Below are positions 26,877 to 40,066 of a stretch of DNA of 64,000 nt, in pieces (the stretch's first letter is position 1; each line of letters begins with the position of its first letter). The DNA comes from the human T2T-CHM13v2.0 reference genome, Homo sapiens. The notes below the pieces were generated by a model. That model did not search any database, was not told the origin of the DNA, and worked only from the letters and a program-made list of their open reading frames with translations. The position numbers and the translations under genes were made by a program. The stretch is taken from assembly GCF_009914755.1 (NCBI RefSeq), contig NC_060929.1; one strand, 5' to 3'.

Positions 26877-27278
26877 TTAAATAATCCAATGAGGCCAGTG
26901 GCACTATCCCCACTTTAAAAGTAAAGAAACATGTTCAGAAAAGTAATACTCAGAGATTCTAACATAGGGCTGATTGACTTAAAAGTTCGTGCTCTTTTGA
27001 CCACATCAGTTATAAAATTGAAGGAAGAGATTCACAGATTCTTTTGGGAAGCTGAAGAAGCCTTTAACATCTCTTTCAAGAATTAGTGCAAATATGCCCC
27101 AAATTTTGAATGTACTTTGAAGGATTTATTATCTCAGAAGCCCTCCACACAAACTTCCAGGTCCAAGGACCTCAGGTTGTAGATACTCCAACCCCCTTTT
27201 TCTCCTAACTACTCCACAACCTATATATGAAAATTTAATTTTTTTATTATAAAATGAGATATATTAAGAAAATAAACA

Positions 27279-27572
27279 GGCTGGGCATGGTGGCTCATGC
27301 CTGTAATCTCAACACTTCGGGAGGCTGAGGAGAGCAAATCACATAAGGCCAGGAGTTTCAGACCAGCCTGGTCAACATGGTGAAACACTGTCTCTACTAA
27401 AAATACAAAAATTAGCCAGGCATGGTGGCGTGTGCCTGTAATCCCAGCTACTCAGGTAGCTGAGGCACAAGAATCACTTGAATCCGGAAGGCAGAGGTTG
27501 CAGTGAGCCAAGATGGTGCCACTGCACTTCAGCCTGGGCAACAGAGTGAGACCCTGTCTCAAAAACACAAAC
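27279..27572 (+). mobile_element. AluS (Sz-like)
   Basis: Full dimer; TSD AAGAAAATAAAC at 27266-27277 and 27573-27584. Confidence 0.93.
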
Positions 27573-28618
27573 AAGAAAATAAACCTTACCAAAGATGGAT
27601 ATATTTTGTGTGGATGGATGTATGTATAGGTATAGGGGTACACACTTACACACACACACACACAGAGCATTTCCTCCAAATACTACAAATGCCTTGGGAA
27701 TTTTACAACCAAAAGTCCTTTCAGAAGGCGCATTGACAAAAGGTAATATTGTACATGGGCTCTTCTCCACACCTGTTAGCAATTTAACCTAATTGTTCAG
27801 CAGCTGGGACTGATTTGGGATTCTTTCACTATACCTCATTATTCATTTTTCATGATTTTTTTCTGGTTTGGAGCTGCTGCTGCTGCTTCTGCACGATGTA
27901 TGTATTTTTAAAACTGAAAAGACATACTTTGAAATGTCTCTGGAGAGATACATGAAAGTAATTTTTTTATATACCATTTTGCAGTTGAATTTATTTAAAC
28001 TGATGGTGGTGATTATTAGGTGTGGAAAATCTAAGGGTAAGAAGAGCTTTAACTAGTTGGCCATCCTTCATTGCCTTAGATCTCTTTCTGGACTTTAGGT
28101 AGTTTGGCTAAACTCATAAAGGATTGTGATTTGCACATATTTGAGAACTGGAATGCCAAGGAATATTGTCATTTATGGGTAGAGAAAGAAAGTTGGAAAC
28201 CATCTGGAGCAGAAGAACATAGCATTAGCTGAATTACATCATGGAAACAAGGTACCCTTGATGGAACATTGGATGGAATAAACAATCTTCAGAAGAAACA
28301 TGAGCAAGATAGTAAAGGCAAGGATTTAATATGTATAGAAAAATAAAGTAATAGTTGCACACATATACATACATATACACATATACACACACAAAAATAC
28401 AAAAACATGTATAAGACGATCATATATCAAGTGAATATTTAAGAGTGTTTATTTGCAAATCCAGTGTGTCCTTCCCTGAATGTGCTTATCCAGCATCCAG
28501 GACAATGGCTACCTAGATAATACAGTATTTCCCCTCTTTTTATTCTGATTTGGAAAAAAATATTAATTCTTTGAGGTCAGATAGTGCAATAGAATGTGTA
28601 TTTGAAATCAACACCTCA

Positions 28619-28925
28619 GGCCAGGATGCTCACACCTTTAATCCCAGGAGTTTAGGAGGCTGAGGTGGGTGGATTGCTTGAGCCCAGGAGTTCAAGACAA
28701 CCTGGGCAACATAATGAGACCCTGTCTCTACAAAAATTTTTTAAAAAAATTATCTGGGCCTGGTGGCATGTACCTGTGGTCCCAGCTACTCAAAAGCCTG
28801 AGGCAGGAGGATTGATTTAGCCTGGGATGTCAAGACTGCAGTAAGCCATGATCATGCCACAACCCTCTAGCCTGGGAGGCAGAATGAAACCTTGTCTCTA
28901 AAAAAAAAAAAAAAGTATAAAAATA
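28619..28925 (+). mobile_element. AluJ
   Basis: GGATTGCTTGAGCCCAGGAGTTCAAGAC; A tail; degenerate TSD ending ACCTCA on both sides. Confidence 0.9.
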
Positions 28926-29926
28926 AATAAAGACCTCAAAGCCTGACTGTGGCATTGAAATTAACTAAAAATCAGACTTGCATTCATCTCCATCTAAATT
29001 AATTTTGATATTTAAGGACCACAGAGACCTAATAATGAGGCAATCTTATTTATCAAGCAGGATCTCCAAGGAGAGCTATAAAGTAAAGGAGTTAGTGGGA
29101 AAAAAAAATACTTTGTAATGATTTAGATTCCTTAAATCATTGAATGGCAAAGTTCACTAAGATCACATACTTTTATTGCATTGACTCACATTCACTTCCA
29201 CCTACATAGAAATCCTTCTCCCTTCAGACCCATACAGAATGTTAATTAATTATGCTGCCACGATACATTTTTCCAGTTTCTCCATGCCTGAACTGTTCTC
29301 CAGTATTAAGTTTTAATCTCCTTCACTCTTCAGCAAATTACTGGTGTTCCTCGGAACCCAGCAGATGGTCTTACAAGTACTACTCAGGCTGATGAAGAAA
29401 ACTATGGGTCAATGGCATTGAAAGTTGTTGGAAAATATTTAAACCCTCTGTCCTAAAATCTCTAGTTGGTAGTATACATTTCTTCTTCAACAATGAGAGC
29501 AGATGTGTTGCTAGAGTTTATATGTTTAACTGAAATCAGACTACTCACCCTGTTGATAGTTTGCTTTCTGTCATGATGTCAACATATACATCATGTTCTT
29601 TTGTATTTAGAACATGCAAAGTCTGTATTCATTATAATAGACAATTTGCATGAATATTTACAACCCTGAGTTGAATAGTTAGAATTACACTAATTTGCAT
29701 CACTATTGATGGAGTTAGGTTTGCATTTACCTATTAGTGTTCTTATAAATCTCATTAATAGATGTAATAGAGGTCCTCTTACCAATGTGCCCTCAGTAAT
29801 TCTGCAACCATAGCAATAGAAACCATTAAAGTGTTTTGAGACAATTTTCTTTAAAATAGTGTCTCTGTGGCTTGCCAGATATTTATTGCAACACAGTGTT
29901 TTATGTCTTTATCTTTCTTAATGCAG

Positions 29927-30019
29927 AATTAGCATTGATATTGGCTTGAGAAGGGAGTTATTGTACAGAAAGAACGCGTAAATGATGAAGAAAGAACATA
30001 TTTACTCACTCGTATTAAG
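29927..30019 (+). other. Candidate non-coding internal exon (93 nt)
   Basis: Acceptor TTTTATGTCTTTATCTTTCTTAATGCAG| and consensus donor AAG|GTAAGT; stop codons in all three frames. Confidence 0.35.
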
Positions 30020-30339
30020 GTAAGTAGTACATTTGTAATGACTTCACAGAATAAATACATGCTGACTTAAAGATTATCATCTTCAGTAGAATTAGGTGAA
30101 CACTAACAAGAAGTTTACAAAATTGTATTTTTGGTGGACTCTTAAGCTGTTGCTAGTTTGGAGGAGCATATATTTTCAAAGATTGGATGAAAAGAAAAGA
30201 TCAGTGGCATGAACTATAAATTCAAATTCATACTTCCTTAATTCATTAGTTACAGCACTTTCTACTCTCAGATCAAATATTTGAATGATGTTGAACTTGA
30301 TCCCAACAACGAGTTAATAAAGTGTAGTGGAAACAGTTT

Positions 30340-30618
30340 GGCTGGGCATGGTGGGTCACACCTGTAATCCCAGCACATTGGGAGGATGAGGTTGGCAGAT
30401 CACCTAAGGTCAGGAATTTGAGACCAGCCTGGTCAACATGGTGAAACCCTGTCTCTACTAAAAATACAAAAATTAGCCAGGCATGGTAGCTCGTGCCTGT
30501 AATCCCAGCTACTCAGGAGGCTGATGCAGGAGAATCACTTGAACTCAGGAGGCGGAGGTTGCAGTGAGCCAAGATTGTGCCATTGCATTCCAGCCTGGGT
30601 GACAAAAGCGAAACTCCA

Positions 30619-30620
<2 letters not shown>
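30340..30620 (+). mobile_element. AluS (Sq/Sp-like) inserted in a MIR
   Basis: Full dimer with GACAAAAGCGAAACTCC end; near TSD GAAACAGTTT/GAAACAGCTT; MIR-like sequence resumes after ~30705. Confidence 0.92.

Positions 30621-30686
<66 letters not shown>
30621..30686. repeat. Compound (AC)22(AG)11 microsatellite in place of the Alu tail
   Basis: Directly visible. Confidence 0.95.
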
Positions 30687-30687
<1 letters not shown>

Positions 30688-32614
30688 CAAAGAAAAGAAA
30701 CAGCTTGAGTCAGACTAGATTTGGGGGTTCTGGTCGTGCCTCTTTCACAATCTCGTTGTATAACCTTGGACAAGAACCTTAGCATTTGGGAAATTCTGTT
30801 TCCTTAGAGGAAATAACGCTTGCAGGACAAGATCATCTCTTCAGTCCCTTCTATCTCTATCCGTCAAGACATTAGCAGCTTTGGAAAGTCTTAAGATAAA
30901 AGAACCAGGCAATAGCCATTCTGCACCGCTTCTCACCTCGTGGGTTATTGTATAGTTCGTATGAGGCAAGATATGTCAAAATTCTTGGAAATGAAAGAGC
31001 ATGAAGCAAAACAATGGGAGATGAAGGCAGAGGTGGCATTCCATAGCTAATGATCTCTAACCTATCACATTTAAGTCTTTGTGCCCTGCTCCTTTTAATT
31101 TGCTTTTTTTTCTATATCTTACTTATCTTTGCTGCATTGACCTACACTCAGAGAGGCTCAACCTCAACCCAAAGGTTTTAACTTCTAATTTTATAAAAGT
31201 TAAATCCTTTTTAAATTTATAAAATTTCAAGGGATAGCACATTATATTTGTAATCTCTCAATCTGTTGGTTGAGAATACATACTTAATCAGCATTTAACA
31301 AACCTTCTTCTAGTACCCAGGGGCTTAATGGAATAAAAACAGATTCATAGAACCTATACTCTAGTGTGGAAAAATATGTAATAAAATAATTACACAGTCA
31401 AAGTAAAATGTGAAATGGTAAAGAGACACAATGAATTTAGTAACTTTAATTAGATTTGTATTTTAGTAATCACAGCAGATCCTATATGCATTAAAACTAA
31501 TAGCATATCCTTTGTTTGGATTAGGCTTGATGTATTATTGTAGGCCCTTTACAATAAAACTCCCATACCATAAATCCACACCCAACATGTTAGGAATTTC
31601 TACATTGTGTGACCATTATGCCCTTAGCTAGAATTTATGTTAATTGAAGGCAAAGATCTTGCTTATTAATTAAACAGTCATTAAATAAATATATTAACAT
31701 AAATAACTGCTAGCTTCTGCCTCAGACAAACCCAAATTTGTTTCTCACTTCTGTTACTTTCACAATGCTGAATGCTGATGAAAGGCAGGGTAAAGAAGGA
31801 ATGAAAATGTGTTCCACAGAAGTCAAACTAACATAATCTCTGCCATCTTACTGTTGCACTTTCTAGAACACATACCTTCTGAGGCTGCCAGATAAGTAGA
31901 GCACAGATATGAAGGAAGTATTCCAGCTTTAACTGCTTCAACCCAGAGCTTTACCACCACAATGTGATGTAATTACTCCATGGCACAGTCTTCCCAAACA
32001 CTTAGGCCTGTATCACTAATGCCTTTGATGGTGCCCACTCAATGAGAGCTTATTGCACGAAATAATGGAATGTAAAATAAAATCTTCTCTACAATCAAGC
32101 ATTGCAAAAGGATTTTTTCTTTTACTCCTTTCTATCATGACACAACAGAACCTACAGCCCTGGCACAAAAGAAAAAGAAACATTTGGTATCAGCCATCAC
32201 CTGGAAACATTGCAAACATGACTCAGAACCTCACATCGGTTGTCTGTGAAGTGTTCCCATGACTCTGCGGGAATGAGAGATCACTGGGAGTGATCCAGTG
32301 GCTGCTGCCTCATCATGTCCATCACAGTGAGCCTCTCTAATAAAATTCAGTCCTGTTCTTGCTTCTTTGAAGGGATAAGAGAGGCTAGCTACTTCCCACC
32401 AGCACTGAGCCTATCTCCTGCCAGTTTCAAAGCAAGGGGAACAGAAGTGCTTTCCACAGAGTAAAATATGCACACAGACTCCCAACACCCACCAAAGAAG
32501 GAAACACTAATTTCTGCAAGGTAAATACTTCTGTTACTGGTCAATTTTCTAGGTTTTTTTAAAAACAAAAACTGCCTTATATTCCCAGAGGTCTTTGAGT
32601 TCTGAAAGCAGCTT

Positions 32615-32810
32615 TGCATTAGCAATCCCATTTGATCCTCAAAATAATGTCATGCCATAGGTAAGGCAGGAGCTTTTATCACTATTTTAAAGGTGAGGAA
32701 AAATTATCCATAGGATTAGGTGGCCTGCCAGGAGGTCATACGAGGGAAGAAAAGCTGGCACTAGGCACAGAACCAGGCCCTCTGACTCCTGACATGGCAC
32801 TCTTTGAACG
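32615..32810 (-). mobile_element. MIR
   Basis: CCATTTGATCCTCA...ATTTTAAAGGTGAGGAAA...CTCTGACTCC. Confidence 0.7.
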
Positions 32811-33127
32811 TCATATCATGCCTCTTACCCCCAAATGGATGACGATCCTTTTGACCGTGGGTTGTGGTTTTGGCAGTTGCGCCCACCTTTGCTGTCTCAG
32901 ATGCTTGCTATTCAAAATGACCACAGAAGGCTAAATCCAAAGGTGGCGATTGATAAAGAAACTGCTGAGACATCTCTCTCCTTCTAGGTTACCTCCAGTG
33001 AAGTCAAAAGTAATGTCAGACAGTGCTCAGATATCCAGTCCTTTCAAGATGTAATAATAAGCCACCTGTAAAACAAACAACTTGATGACAGTTTTCAGAG
33101 AGAACAATTTCATTCTACATTACATCC

Positions 33128-33428
33128 TTTTTTTTTTTTTTTTTTTGAGACAGAGTCTCACTCTGTTGCCCAGGCTGGAGTGCAGTGGTGCCTTCTAGGC
33201 TCACTGCAACCTCTGCCTGCTGGGTTCAAGGGATTCTCCTGCCTCAGCCTCCCCAGTAGCTGAGATTACAGGCACCTGCCACCATGCCTGGCTAATTTTT
33301 GTATTTTTAGTAAAGACAGGGTTTCACCATGTTGGCCAGGGTGGTCTCAAACTCCTGATCTCAAGAGATCTGCCCTCCTCAGGCTCCCACAGTACTGGGA
33401 TTACAGGCGTGAGCCACCACTCCCGGCC
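33128..33428 (-). mobile_element. AluS (Sz/Sx-like)
   Basis: Poly-T plus reverse dimer; TSD TCTACATTACAT at 33114-33125 and 33429-33440. Confidence 0.94.
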
Positions 33429-35569
33429 TCTACATTACATTTTCTAAACTTTTTATCCACCACGTAGCTATTCTGAAGATGGTCTTAATTTCCAATGTTT
33501 ATTTTACGAAAACTTAAGCTTGCTTACCCCATCTCTTTTCATACCAAAACATTTCTATAAAACTCAAGAAATCCATAACTCAGCATAATTAGTACATGGC
33601 ATTCTCCCTGTTCTTTCTAAAATAACTGTCTGTACATGATAGAAGCATAAAATATTTTGGTTGTATTTTTTCAGTTCCTAGGAAAAGAACTTACAATTAT
33701 AAATGGTTAACAGAAATTAATTGTATTTGGCTTGTATTTAAATCAAGCTGTTTATGCATACTCGTTATGCACCAGCACAGCTCCTTGCTTATATAGGCGT
33801 TCAATAAATATTTGTTAAATGATTGATGGAATGAATGATGCAATGCCCTGTGAGAACACAATGTCTTTGTCCTGCTGTATGAGTTTCGGTAGAAAATTAA
33901 AGTAGAGAATTACAAAGAATGGAAAGCTAGGCCTTTGAAGACAAAGATTCTAGTCATTAATACTAAATAACTAAATGACTTAGGACAAACTACTTGATTC
34001 ACCAGGCCTTTAGGTTTCTTAACAACAGAATAAGAATATGGATAAGAATTGAGATGGTCTCTAAAGTGACCTTCAGCCACAAGTATTTTGTAATTCTAGA
34101 TTGAAAAATATCAGCCAGAGAAAAATACCACTCTCACCAGAAAATAAGTATGAATGAAGGGTGATCCCAGACCAAGGTCTAGCTTTTTAAGTTTAAATGT
34201 GCCTGGGGGGTTTTAAGAATCTTAAAGAGTCTAACTGAAGACAATGAGACTTCCCAGAGTCTAACAGAGATTGCTTTTAGCACATTATCGTCTATTACAA
34301 GCCCTATAAAGGGACTGTAGTAGAAGGAGTTCAAAGTAGGCTCTGAGGAAAAAGGAACGGCACTGAGGAAAGCTAAAGTTTCTTCTCCTATTATTTTTTC
34401 TTTAACAAAGCAGATGAGGGAAAGAAAATACCTGTCATGAACTGTTCCGAAGTCCCCAAATTTGAAGAATGACTATTAAAAGTCTCTTGGAGCACAAAAG
34501 GAAAGAAACCTAGAGGAAATAGAATTTATGGAAAGAGAACCCGGAACAAAACTCCTAATTTCTGAAGAAATTGGCAGCTCAGACAAGAGTTTCAACCAGA
34601 CACCAAAAAGGGGTCGATCTGGGATCCAAACAGGAAAGGACCGTGCTCTGCCAATGGCTACAAAGTAGCTGAAGAAAGTACCTCAGCCTCTGAGGAGAGA
34701 ATAGGAACCACGTGAACAGATTGCTGAAAGGTTAGGAAGGGCTCAGAAGAGTAAGCAGTGACCACCTCAGAGCAACGAAACCTACAGTCAGCACCAGGTG
34801 AGGCTTCATCTGCCTCAGTCGATGATCCTGACACTCCAGAAGTTTCTCCTACTATCACACTTGAAATAACTAGGCAACTGTGTGTGTGTGAGAATTCTGT
34901 CGGCAGTGCTGCAGCAGGAGAATACGAAGCAGGGAAGACTGTGACTCCGAACTAAGACCTTCAAAGGAGAAATTATCTTTCTTCCCCTTCCTCCCACCAC
35001 AACCCTTCTCCTTCCTTTGTTTCCTCGGGGATAGCAGAGCAAATTCCACCTAATATAACCTAACGTTTAGGCTAAAGACCTCTCAGGCCTGCCAGCAAAT
35101 CCCTCAGCTCTGCCTCTGGATGGGGGTATCACATCGACCAATAAAGTTGCCCATAAAGAAAAGCATAGACCCAACCAGAACACTGACTATGCACCCATTA
35201 TATGTAAAGCCAGGTTTTTTAGAAAATAAAAAGGTAGGCAAGGCATTGTAGCTGCTATAAGAGGTTTCAAATCCAGTGGAGGAGATAAAATATTGAATAA
35301 GCAAGACGAAGTAAACAATGTGCCAAATGTGAAGCTGAAACAAAAACCTAGTGCAGGAAGAGTCAAGATCCCTTCCTGTGTGGCTGATAGGGTTGGTTCA
35401 CAAGAAAAAGCATCAGAGACAAACATGGAAGGACCATCTGTTTCTCTCCATCCTCTTCTACCACCCTCTTCTATGCTATACTCTTCTCTTCTCTTCTCTT
35501 CTCTTTTTCTCTTCTCTTGCCTAGAATACTAAAAATGCCCCACATTTATTTCTACCTCCTCTTACCAAT

Positions 35570-36152
35570 TCTCTAATCAGAGGCAGAGTGACTTTTAAAA
35601 AGCAAACCTCATGCCACTCCACTGTTTTCAAATCCTTTCATTGTACTTAGAATACAATTTAAGGTTAAAGGTTTCACCTAATTTGGCCTCTCTCTACATC
35701 TGTAGCCTCATCTTAAGCCTCCCTTTCCCACTGTAGTCTCTCTCAACCTTGGTGGTCTTCATTCATTTCTTTCCATATACTTGTTTGAGGCATTTACATT
35801 GGCTATTTCCTCTGCCCTGAATGCTTCTCTCTCCCCTCCCCTTTGCTTAATTAATTCTTGCACTATCCCTCATCCAAACCCATATCCCTGTCCCGACATG
35901 CTGACATATCCCTCTCCCCTGTTCCCACTAGGTTAGTATATCTGTTGTCTGTTCCTGTGGCCCCCTGTGCTTCTCTTTCATAGCACTTATAATGGTTGAT
36001 AAGTGTGTTACTTGTGGAATTCTTCAATGACAGTTGACACTCCCATATATAAGCTCCAGGCAGAGACCGTGTCTATATTCTCACCTTTGCACAACATCTA
36101 GCTCAGAGCCACAAAAAGTAGGCACTCATTAGCTACTTCTTCAATGAATAAT
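35570..36152 (+). mobile_element. L2 LINE 3' portion
   Basis: CAGAGTGACTTTTAAAAAGCAAA...TCTGCCCTGAATGCT...AGTAGGCACTCATTAGCTACTTCTTCAATGAATAATGAAT. Confidence 0.7.
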
Positions 36153-37596
36153 GAATATTACAGATCAATCATCAGCTCTGTTTCAAAAGAGGGAACTGAG
36201 GCTCAGAAAGGCAAACAGACTTACTCAAAACCCCAGGTTGCTGAACCAGAAAAAATAGTCTTGTCTCCAGACTTTTAATCCCATAGTTCTCATCCAGTTC
36301 TACCACATGGCCCGAAAGCTTGTTCATGGGCCAAGTCACAGGTTCTAACTCTATTGCTGGGACAAAAGATAATTGAGAGGAGAGACAAAAGGAATTATTC
36401 ATTGGGTCATATGAGCAGTTGAACATAAGTGAGAAATTGAGAAATGAAAGACTGAAACTCAAACGAAAAGTTGATGAGTGGGTGGTGTGGTTAAGGTATT
36501 GACACACAGTTGAGAGATTGATCTGGTTGACTGATCTGAGATGTACACACATACAGCACAGGAGATGAGACTCCACAAAGACAGCACATATACCTCGCCA
36601 GAACCTAATTAAGAGAAAAGAATTCAGTGGAACAAGTGAGTGTTCTGGAAAGTACAACAGGATCAAGTTTTGTTCAACTGATTTTGGATTATAAATTCCT
36701 CCTGGGGGTTGGAGGGTTGGGGGTGGGGGTAAAGGCAGAAAATAGGCAATCTATTGATGTTTTAATATTTGAGGAATTGTACTTATTAAGCAATATGTAT
36801 ACTATTGAGTCTAAAAATGCCAAGTTCAAAAAAAATAATAATGGAAGTATTGGAAGCCAAAGAAATGGTCTGATGAAGTGATGGGGGTTAGACATGAGAG
36901 TGGGGCTCCATGCTGGAACCACACCCTTCTGTTCAGCCAGATCACATCTTGGCCATGATCCTCCCTTTCAACCAGTGCCAGTCACAAGGAGGAGGTGTGA
37001 ATCCAGGCCCAAGGCTGAAGCACAAGGTTGATGAGCCGCAAAGGGGAGGGCCGCCTCAGCCTAAGCAGGGAAGGCAAGGGCTCTTTTATATTTCCTCTGA
37101 AAGCAGCATAATGTTTTAACTCAAATGTGGAGGGCTATTAGTTTCCCAATCACCCCCCCCCCAAAAAAAGGTCTCAAGTGTGGGATTCCACAAAACAGAG
37201 CTGCTTTTGAACTCCCCCGCCCTCAACATCTGCAGCCATTTTCGTCCTCCGAGCATTGCCAATTTCTGCTTTCAGGACTGATATCTCCACACACACACAT
37301 GGGTTCTGGCAGCCTCTGTTCAATAGGCTGCAGGAAGCCGAGTCAGCAAGGAAAAGGGCAAGGGATTCTCTGCACATGGCTCTAACTTTAGTTTGTCACT
37401 AAATCTCTGCCTATAGAAAAACTTTAGAATATACAAAGTGCATTGAGGCGGTTGTGTGAAAATGCCTCCAGGCTTATATAAGGGTAATTAAATATATATA
37501 CATACACTCTCAGAGTAGTCCGGGTAATATTACTTTCAGATTTTAGAAGAGTGATAACACATTTTTAAATTAATTTTTACACAGAGAAGACTCCTC

Positions 37597-37825
37597 AGTG
37601 TGGCACAGTGGAAAGAGTGCAGGCTTTGGGCTCACACCAGGCTTTGAATCCTGACTGGGTAAGCATGAAAAAGTTGCTAACCCACTCTGTGGCTCAGTTT
37701 TCCTGCTTTTCCTACTATAAAAGAATTGTAGCAACCACTTTGGAGATGTGGAGAATTGGAGATAATATCTGAAAGCACATATGCAAAGCTTAGAATGTAA
37801 CAGGCACTCATTAAATGGCAGCTAC
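37597..37825 (+). mobile_element. MIR
   Basis: AGTGTGGCACAGTGGAAAGAG...CTCAGTTTTCC...CAGGCACTCATTAAATGGCAGCTA. Confidence 0.75.
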
Positions 37826-38450
37826 ATTCACACATAATGATGAAAGAAAACAAGGCAGTATTTTTCTTTGTCTGTGTTATTAACAATCATTAATGAGATT
37901 GTAAAACTTGAGTTGGTAAAAGTCAACTCAGCCCCAGTATACTGAGTGAGTCACTGACAAGCCATTCTTCATCAGGTTCCTGATTCTAATTATTAAGTAT
38001 TTCCTCAATATGCTTTCATTCACACGGGGGGGCGGGGGGCAGTGAGGAGGGGCTTCCTATCCTTAAAAAAAAAATTGTAGGAGGTTGTCTATGGTATGAT
38101 CTCAGTCACAGCACAGGTAAGCACTCCTTAAAGTTCTTGCATCATCACCTGACTTCCTCAGCCTACCTGCTTGCATTTACAGTTGCTTAAAAATCTAGTT
38201 CAGAAGAGGAAAGTATTAATAGTTTAAGCCTTCCGATCCAGTTTAGTTACCGACAGTTGCATAACATTAGCTATCGCTTCTCTGAAAAGGAGTCCCCAAA
38301 TTGCGTCTCCCTTCAAAGTGGTGCCACATAGCTTCAGCTTCCCAAGAGACAACCCTTTCAGCCCACCTTGTAGGCTTTTAGCCTTACGCAACTAATGGAA
38401 ACTTACAAAGTACTTAGAAACTATACAATTCCATGAACAGTCTACAGTAC

Positions 38451-38718
38451 CTGGGGTATCCAATCTTTTGGCTTCCCTGAGCCACATTGCAAGAGGAAGA
38501 ATTGTCTTGGGCCACACATAAAATACACTAATACTAACGATAGCTGATGAGCTAAAAAGATAAAAATAAATTGCAAAAAACAACTCATAATGTATTTAGA
38601 CAGTTTACAAATAGAAAATCTCAGAATGTTTTAAGAAAGTTTACAAATTTGTGTTGGGCTGCATTCAAAGCCATCCTGGGCCGCATGCAGCCCATGGGCT
38701 GCAGGTTGGACAAGCTTG
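38451..38718 (+). mobile_element. MER30 (hAT-Charlie) with internal duplication
   Basis: GGGGTATCCAATCTTTTGGCTTCCCTG...CTAACGATAGCTGATGAGCTAAAAA...GGTTGGACAAGCTTG. Confidence 0.9.
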
Positions 38719-39344
38719 AGCTATACATTGCAGTGATTTTATTAAAGAGTTGCCAGTCCCCCACTTCAGTCACAGATTTACTCATTTTTTGTGAACACAC
38801 GGTGATCATCCCTCCTCGCAACTCTCCCCATGGTCTTCCAATTTGAATGCCTTTTCTTATCCTTTCTCCACATCAATCCCTAAACCCGAACTGACTCCCA
38901 AGAGTCCACTCCATTAACAACGGCCTCCAAGACTTTGCTGCCACTCCAAGCCTCCTGTGAACTCATTCAAAAGTATTTCTTGAATACCTCCAACATGCCA
39001 GGCCAGGCCCACAGCATTCACTGGCTGCCACTCTTGTTTGACATTTAATTATCTACCGCTTTGGAACACTTCTTCTGTCATTATTTAACTCCAGTTATCT
39101 AAAGGGTCACTGTGTCTCTTGTCAATTTGTTAAATTTTAAATATACTTCCATTTCCCATAATCCCAGAATAGTTCAATATCAAAAAGAAGATCCTTATTA
39201 AGATTTTGAATTAAAAAAATGAACTTACCAGCAGATACTACTGCAGTAAGCCATTATTTATTCTTTTGCACAAATAAATTTTGCATGCTTTATTCATTAT
39301 GGTTTTCACCAAGCAGGGTAAAAGATTCAGAACTAGCATGGTTG

Positions 39345-40066
<722 letters not shown>

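Noticed and set aside
34658-34955. Protein-like short ORFs (e.g. MTTSEQRNLQSAPGEASSAS...) near TATA/CCAAT/AATAAA-like words at 34300-35150
   Set aside because: No ATG start, splice context or recognisable domain; may be a very old LTR, but I cannot assign a family.
36172-36666. 164-aa minus-strand ORF
   Set aside because: Ends in MIR-derived sequence (LSEPQFPLLK), low-information composition, no recognised homology.
38575-38648. ~37-bp internal repeat within MER30
   Set aside because: Old diverged tandem duplication inside a known MITE; no functional indication.
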